Shown here piece by piece: positions 58,849 through 64,000 of a stretch of DNA of 64,000 nt. Position numbers and translations under genes: made by a program. How positions within the stretch are numbered: the first letter of the stretch is position 1; each line of letters opens with the position of its first letter. The stretch is from a bacterium (GTDB taxonomy: Bacteria; Electryoneota; Electryoneia; Electryoneales; Electryoneaceae), in assembly GCA_963669175.1 (NCBI GenBank), contig OY769902.1, forward strand, positions 5,024,001 through 5,088,000, written 5' to 3'. The notes beneath the pieces are model-generated. The model did no database searches. It was not told where the DNA came from and worked only from the letters and a program-made list of their open reading frames with translations.

Positions 58849-58985
58849 GTAGCCCGGTCATGCCTGGCCGGGTTCTCTCGAACACTTACCGAATCGTTTG
58901 GCCCGACTGCTTGCTGTCGGGTTGCTCGTGAGAATACGCACTGCCCGAGGTAAAAAGCCCGGGTGCAAGCACACCGGGCCACACG
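58849..58985. repeat. Mosaic of three REP-like palindromes
   Basis: GTAGCCCGGTCATGCCTGGCCGGG, TGGCCCGACTGCTTGCTGTCGGG and GCCCGGGTGCAAGCACACCGGGCCAC. Confidence 0.8.
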
Positions 58986-59014
58986 AAAATATCTTCAGGT
59001 ATTTCTACCCTGGA

Positions 59015-60226
59015 TTACACCTCAATCACCTGGATTTCTTCCAGATTCCCGATCCCCAGTCCTAATTCTTCCGCGTAACGCAGATACTCGGTATAGCGCG
59101 GATGTTCATTGACCTGAACTTCCATTTCCTTGCGTTTTGCCAGCATCAGTTCATGGCAATAACGGTCCATGGCGAACGGGTCCGTAGCAAAGAACAGAGT
59201 GTTGTACAGGTAGGTGAACTGCTCGTTCGCGCCGGGGCCGCCATCATACTGACCGACCAGGCCATCGTTGACGTTCAGAACCAGCTTGTCACGTACACAG
59301 GGAAACGCCAAGACTTCGGTACAGACGTCGAAGAACAGCGGACGATGCAACCGTCCCGTATTGCAGATCGCGGCGTACCCAAGGTTCTTGGTCGCCATGG
59401 AGATGCCGTTTCCGGTATTCTTGAACACGGGCACGTTGATGATCTTGGTCAGCTTCTTTGTCAACAGTTTGCCGAAGAAAGAGTACTTGTTATTGGTCAC
59501 ATGCTGGTTCAGATAGGCCTTTTCGGTGGGGCCATCCACATCCGCCCAGTAGTAGACGTTCGGGTCAAAATTCTTCAGGCTCTTGTGGCTGCCTTCCGGT
59601 GTCAGCCAGCCACTGTCATCGCCATCGTACGCTTCATCCCACATGCTCAGGTCCAGATCTTGCAAGGCTTCGATACCGATACCAGGATAGCGCTCCTCAT
59701 TAAAACCAGCCTCACGCAGCATGTAGTCAAAACGGTCCCAAATGATGATATTCTTGCGCGGTAGTCCGTTAGCCTCCAGCCATTCGATCAGGGCATCGAC
59801 CACTTCGAGGCGAGTGCTGATCAAACCGGGACCAACCGGATTCACCTTGATACCGACCACATCGTCCTTTGAAAAGAACAGGTTGTAGGATTCGGTCAGG
59901 TTTTTTCCGGTAAGGGCGGTGATTCCTTTCTGCATCATGTCACGAATGACATCTGCATTGGGTTCACCTTCCGGCATGGCGGCTTCATCGCTGACCTTGA
60001 CGACTTTTCCTGGGAATGGACCAGGGAGGGCATGTGGCCCCTTTGGAATCTCCAAGGCATCTTTTACGTTCGTTGCAGGCTTTTCCGGTTTGGAATCCTT
60101 CTCTTCCGCCCAAAGGGCTGGTGTTCCTAACAATAAACCACTCCCTGCAACGGCACTGGCTTTCAGGAAATCTCTACGGTTCAAGTCAAACAAGGTATGC
60201 ATCGATCGGTATGGCACACGTGGCAT
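59015..60226 (-). CDS. Tat-exported DUF362-family protein
   Basis: NRRDFLK twin-arginine signal; DVVGIKVN and KIINVPVFK..GISMATKN. Confidence 0.82.
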   Translation of the reverse strand: MPRVPYRSMHTLFDLNRRDFLKASAVAGSGLLLGTPALWAEEKDSKPEKPATNVKDALEIPKGPHALPGPFPGKVVKVSDEAAMPEGEPNADVIRDMMQKGITALTGKNLTESYNLFFSKDDVVGIKVNPVGPGLISTRLEVVDALIEWLEANGLPRKNIIIWDRFDYMLREAGFNEERYPGIGIEALQDLDLSMWDEAYDGDDSGWLTPEGSHKSLKNFDPNVYYWADVDGPTEKAYLNQHVTNNKYSFFGKLLTKKLTKIINVPVFKNTGNGISMATKNLGYAAICNTGRLHRPLFFDVCTEVLAFPCVRDKLVLNVNDGLVGQYDGGPGANEQFTYLYNTLFFATDPFAMDRYCHELMLAKRKEMEVQVNEHPRYTEYLRYAEELGLGIGNLEEIQVIEV

Positions 60227-60487
60227 GAAAAACCCCTCTCCTTTTATCTCACTTCCCCTAGCGAAAGAAAATAAGGATTCTCTGCCGGAAAGTGAACACG
60301 AAGCAGGAAAAAGCGTAAAATTCCAAACAACGCTTCAGGCTCCGCTGCCGCAAAGAAGTAATCAGAATTTACAGGACGCCCGGGATGGGAAAGAAGGAAA
60401 GGAGATTTATTTATACACTTATAATTTAGGACTTTAGAAGAATGCAGTATCCACTTTTTTCACTGTCTACTTTTTTCACTACAAAAG

Positions 60488-60520
60488 AAAAACCCGGATA
60501 CAATCACTTGCATCCGGGGT
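60488..60520 (-). terminator. Intrinsic terminator of qmoC
   Basis: CCCGGAT...ATCCGGG stem with a T-run on the minus strand. Confidence 0.6.
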
Positions 60521-60544
60521 GAGGAATCGGTCGAGAAATAATAC

Positions 60545-61813
60545 TTACGCAGCGGTGACCTGCTGTGAAGCTGTACGTGCCTGGGCAGTGCCATCACCCA
60601 GCTCACGTCCCCGCTGCTTCGCCCACACCATCGCCATGGTACGATACAGCATGTGCGCGAACTTGCTGTAGGGCATATACCACAACAGCGCGAACACGAT
60701 CACGATATGAATGAAATAGATCAGGTAAGGCACGATATTCATTACGCCGCCACCCATTGCCCAGAACAGCAGACGTCCGACCCAGGCCAGCATACCTGTG
60801 GTGCCGGTCCAGAACACCAACTGCAGGAACAGCTTGTCCGGGTAAGCATTCGAGCCGACATCGGCTTCTTTGTCGTTACGGCGACGCATCAGCATCAGGC
60901 CACCGATGAAGATCATCGTACCACCGGCCCCACCGCTCACCTTGCCCATTACACCGATGATAATATGGACCGGGTTGTCATAGGTCCAGAAATCAATCGG
61001 GGTTTCGATGCCAATGGCGGTAATGTGCAGCATATGGTTGAAGATCACACCGAAAACCAGCGCGAACCCGGCTGCTGCCCCAGCAAGAATGAAGCCGTAT
61101 AACACAAGTATATGAGCTGTTTTACGTGGCCTGTTCTGCCCGCAGGTTTCGAAATGCTTGTGGGTGAGGATATCCTTCACGGTTGCAATCAGAGCCGGCA
61201 CAAAACCCATCTGGATTTGTGTTGCCGCGTCATGTTGCAAGCCCTTCCAGAATCGATTCAAGCCGATAAACGCGATCATGAAAATCAGCACGTTACCCGC
61301 GATAAACAGCATTTCTGTCAGACCTGACGGTACAAACTCAGTCAATGCAGCCTTGTCCAGTGACAAGAAATAGCTGAAGCTCAATTCCGGATTGATCGCC
61401 ATGTTAATCCCGACCAGCGCCGCGATAATAATCACCGGGATCAGAAACAACGCCATTGTTCCGCCGGGAGTGGACATCGCTTTGCCCATGAAGGACGGGA
61501 ATGTCGCGCTGGCGTAGATGTAGTTCCTGATCGCCGCCATGACGTCACCGGGACGCACTCCGCGTGGACAACGTGTGGTACAGTCACCGCACTGATGGCA
61601 GAGCCAAACGTCCGGATCACTGATCAGTTTGTCCTTGAGACCCCAGTTCGCCCAGAGCATTTCCTTACGCGGGAACGCTCCCTGCGCCGGAGAAAGCTCG
61701 CAGACTGCGCTGCATGTCGCGCACTGGTAGCACTTGTTCAGGTTCTCGCCGCCCGCCCCCTGGATCGCCTTAATGAACTCCAGATCAGGCTTTACGGTAT
61801 ATCTGTCCGCCAT
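60545..61813 (-). CDS. qmoC: QmoC-like membrane subunit (HdrC-type 2x[4Fe-4S] domain plus heme-b membrane domain)
   Basis: KCYQCATCSAVC, FPRKEMLWANWG, DPDVWLCHQCGDCTTRCPRG, THKHFETC, YMPYSKFAHMLYR. Confidence 0.85.
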   Translation of the reverse strand: MADRYTVKPDLEFIKAIQGAGGENLNKCYQCATCSAVCELSPAQGAFPRKEMLWANWGLKDKLISDPDVWLCHQCGDCTTRCPRGVRPGDVMAAIRNYIYASATFPSFMGKAMSTPGGTMALFLIPVIIIAALVGINMAINPELSFSYFLSLDKAALTEFVPSGLTEMLFIAGNVLIFMIAFIGLNRFWKGLQHDAATQIQMGFVPALIATVKDILTHKHFETCGQNRPRKTAHILVLYGFILAGAAAGFALVFGVIFNHMLHITAIGIETPIDFWTYDNPVHIIIGVMGKVSGGAGGTMIFIGGLMLMRRRNDKEADVGSNAYPDKLFLQLVFWTGTTGMLAWVGRLLFWAMGGGVMNIVPYLIYFIHIVIVFALLWYMPYSKFAHMLYRTMAMVWAKQRGRELGDGTAQARTASQQVTAA

Positions 61814-61988
61814 CTGAAAACCTCCACCTGCGATGACTGTTTGCCGCTGTTGAATATGTGACCACCGGGTGGTCAGAAGTTTGGGAAAGATAGTGCAAAC
61901 TCGATGCTATCACAAGTTGTGTGGGAAGGTTAACTCGCACACTCGCTTGTCCAGTTTTGTCACATACTCTGGTATAACTCCCGAGATA

Positions 61989-62326
61989 GTGTATTCCCCG
62001 GCCAGGCATGGCCGGGCTACCTATCTTCTGGCGATTGGCCCGACTGCGCGCTGTCGGGATCATATTCCTCCCGGACCGAGGGCGATCCAGGCTACATAAC
62101 TGTATTGTGTACTCCCCGGCCAAGCATGGCCGGGCTACCTATCTTCTGGCGATTGGCCCGACTGCTTGCTGTCGGGTATTTTTCCCCGGACCGGGGGCGG
62201 TCCGGGCTACCCCCTCAACCACATGTCATCCCCTCCTCGCGCAGGCGGGGATCACCCGGGGATCTCGAGGTATTTCGCGACATACTTACACACGATAGTC
62301 GCGTGGCCCGACTGCTTGCTGTCGGG
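61989..62326. repeat. BIME-like composite of REP palindromes, duplicated
   Basis: A three-palindrome unit occurs at 61989-62095 and again at 62107-62210, followed by two further palindromes. Confidence 0.85.
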
Positions 62327-62462
62327 TATCTTGCCTGACCACACTCTTACGCTCTCGCGAGCACCAACACACGGTCTACGCGACTTCTTGTCTCTTTTTT
62401 CACCTTTTTCACTGCCTACTTTTTTCACTCCAAAAAACTAACCTCTTAATATAAATAAGAAT

Positions 62463-62490
62463 AAACCCCGCCGGACAAGCCGGACGGGGC
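62463..62490 (-). terminator. Probable terminator of the ferredoxin-like gene
   Basis: CCCCG-CCGG...CCGG-A-CGGGG stem with an AT-rich tail on the minus strand. Confidence 0.5.
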
Positions 62491-62545
62491 CAGAAATGTA
62501 TCAACTTTCGAATGGTGCTGGAAACTTAATACCGTAAGCGTATTC

Positions 62546-63034
62546 TTACCGCTTAGGCATAGCCATCGCCCAGGGCAACGGCTTCACGTCCACCTCTTCA
62601 CCCGGTTCAAGGTCCGGAGCGGGTTCGTAATCCCACACCAGCGCACGTGTCGGGCAGTGTTTCGCGCAGGCGGGATCGCCTTCGCAAACGTCACACTTCA
62701 CGATCTCTTCATAGACCGTGTCGAAGTGGATATTGCCGAACGGGCAAGCCAGTGTACAAGCCTTGCACAAGATGCACTTGTCGGATACTTCAATTGCACC
62801 GGTCCACGGGTTCCGTTCCAACGCACCCGTCGGGCAGACCTTCTGGCACGCCGCGTCTTCGCACTGCAAACACAGTACGACAGACTTGACGTCGTTCTTG
62901 AGTGTATAACTGCGCACACGTGTCAGCGCCGGAAAACGCGGGTCTTCGGTATGCGTAAAGCTGCACGCCAGTTCACAGTTCTTGCAGTCAATGCACCGGT
63001 AAGGAGTGACGAACAGTCGTTTCTGCTTCTCCAT
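62546..63034 (-). CDS. 4x[4Fe-4S] electron-transfer protein (HydN/CooF/DmsB type)
   Basis: CIDCKNCELAC, CLQCEDAACQKVCP, CILCKACTLACP, KCDVC...PACAKHCP. Confidence 0.9.
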   Translation of the reverse strand: MEKQKRLFVTPYRCIDCKNCELACSFTHTEDPRFPALTRVRSYTLKNDVKSVVLCLQCEDAACQKVCPTGALERNPWTGAIEVSDKCILCKACTLACPFGNIHFDTVYEEIVKCDVCEGDPACAKHCPTRALVWDYEPAPDLEPGEEVDVKPLPWAMAMPKR

Positions 63035-63133
63035 GGCGGTCCTCTATGTCAAGCGTTTGGTTGTGTTCAATCCTACTTCTTCTTGGTCCATCTCAGGTGC
63101 AACCCGGGCCAGATACGCAGAAAGTACACTAAC

Positions 63134-63310
63134 GTGTTCCGTCAGGTCTTGGCGCGGCGAAGCACTAATAATGAATCATCGTTATAACACTAATCTAAAC
63201 TGGTACACCAAAGCCAAATCCTGATCACCGACAAGCCGCGTTGTGACCTGACGGTTGAGTTCTCTGGTGTCAGGTCACACACCGCTTCGCGCTGCAAGAC
63301 CTGACACAAC
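63134..63310. repeat. REP doublet downstream of the RAYT gene
   Basis: CGTCAGGTCTTGGCGCGGC...GCCGCGTTGTGACCTGACG, then TGTCAGGTCACA...CAAGACCTGACA. Confidence 0.8.
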
Positions 63311-63365
63311 TTGATTTTGCCTTGAAAATCAAACTCAGCAATTACATTAATACTTGTGATATTCT

Positions 63366-63854
63366 TTATGACCAAAATCTCCATTCATTCCAGATTGGAA
63401 CAATACCTTGTTGTTCCATCCAGTAGAAACCCGCACTTGAATATTTCCACGCCTCCGGAAATTCGACTAACCCTGCCTTGACAGGATTATTATGAATATA
63501 ATTTAATTTGGTTTGCAATACTTTCGTACTGGTTATAGCAACTCGATCATATCTACTTTGCCACAGTTTTCCATTATATGCAAGCGCATTTAATGCCTTT
63601 TGTGCAGTATACTTTTTTACATCTCGCATAAAACCGGATAAATATGCTCCTTCGATTATCATTAACAAATGTATATGTGACGGCATAAATACATAACCGA
63701 TCATTTTAGCATCAAGCTTATCAAGCTTATATGTGATTGTATCGCCAAGTATGTCATATACGCCTTCAATATTGCCATGCCTAATGTGATTATGAAAACT
63801 AGTCGTTACAAAAAAACAATCATTGCTTTCTTGACCTGGAAAACGTAATCCCAT
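63366..63854 (-). CDS. REP-associated tyrosine transposase (RAYT, Y1 HUH endonuclease)
   Basis: FFVTT, YVFMPSHIHLL (HUH), LWQSRY, YIHNNPVKAGLV...WKYSSA. AT-rich and flanked by REPs. Confidence 0.9.
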   Translation of the reverse strand: MGLRFPGQESNDCFFVTTSFHNHIRHGNIEGVYDILGDTITYKLDKLDAKMIGYVFMPSHIHLLMIIEGAYLSGFMRDVKKYTAQKALNALAYNGKLWQSRYDRVAITSTKVLQTKLNYIHNNPVKAGLVEFPEAWKYSSAGFYWMEQQGIVPIWNEWRFWS

Positions 63855-63907
63855 GTAATCTCCAGATGATTACCAATCTATCCCTTATTCTTCCGATTTG
63901 AAACCAA

Positions 63908-63990
63908 GTGTCAGGTCACACACCGCTTTGAGTGATTCTCACGTTCTGTCAGGTCTTGGCGCGGCAAAGCATCAATAATGAATTATCCTC
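63908..63990. repeat. REP half-sites upstream of the RAYT gene
   Basis: GTGTCAGGTCACACACCGCTT and GTCAGGTCTTGGCGCGGC...AATAATGAAT duplicate segments of 63134-63290. Confidence 0.8.
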
Positions 63991-64000
63991 AAAACTCTGA

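Noticed and set aside
63366-63854. This RAYT as the enzyme that mobilised the Sir2-HerA cassette
   Set aside because: Its flanking repeats (GTCAGGTC/GACCTGAC) differ from the GGGACAGACGG sites and it lacks a GRPRK tail; any cognate enzyme is probably elsewhere.
1-64000. tRNA or rRNA genes
   Set aside because: No cloverleaf/T-loop signatures or rRNA-like segments were recognised by eye; a tRNAscan/Rfam run is needed to exclude them formally.

Overview
This is a 64-kb chromosomal window from a Gram-negative bacterium, probably an anaerobic member of the FCB superphylum. That assignment is inferred from T9SS-type C-terminal sorting domains (PNPFN...SSGxYF), a QmoC homologue, a rubrerythrin-type protein and multiheme cytochromes. 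Most genes are housekeeping or envelope genes (tolB, hutI, hutU, glgA, maeB, trpF, dut, xerD, pal, cpoB, bioY). The intergenic spaces are packed with several families of palindromic REP/MITE-like elements, and one REP-associated tyrosine transposase (RAYT) lies at the right edge. Most notable are: (1) a Sir2-HerA antiphage pair between inverted ~40-bp sites, with further copies that share one fixed end and vary at the other, a truncated dinB and a captured gene fragment at the junction, suggesting HUH/Y1-type gene capture; (2) a minus-strand cluster of small unknown proteins, five consecutive ones ending in a (G)xx[ILV][DN]xxx C-terminal motif, next to a ChpT-like pseudo-kinase and sigma54/sigma28-like promoter motifs; (3) a pentaheme cytochrome c next to a Cyc2-like cytochrome-porin, plus an orphan qmoC; (4) T9SS beta-helix genes built from alternating GC-rich framework and AT-rich variable modules. 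I saw no rRNA, tRNA or CRISPR array. All calls come from reading motifs by eye, with no database searches.
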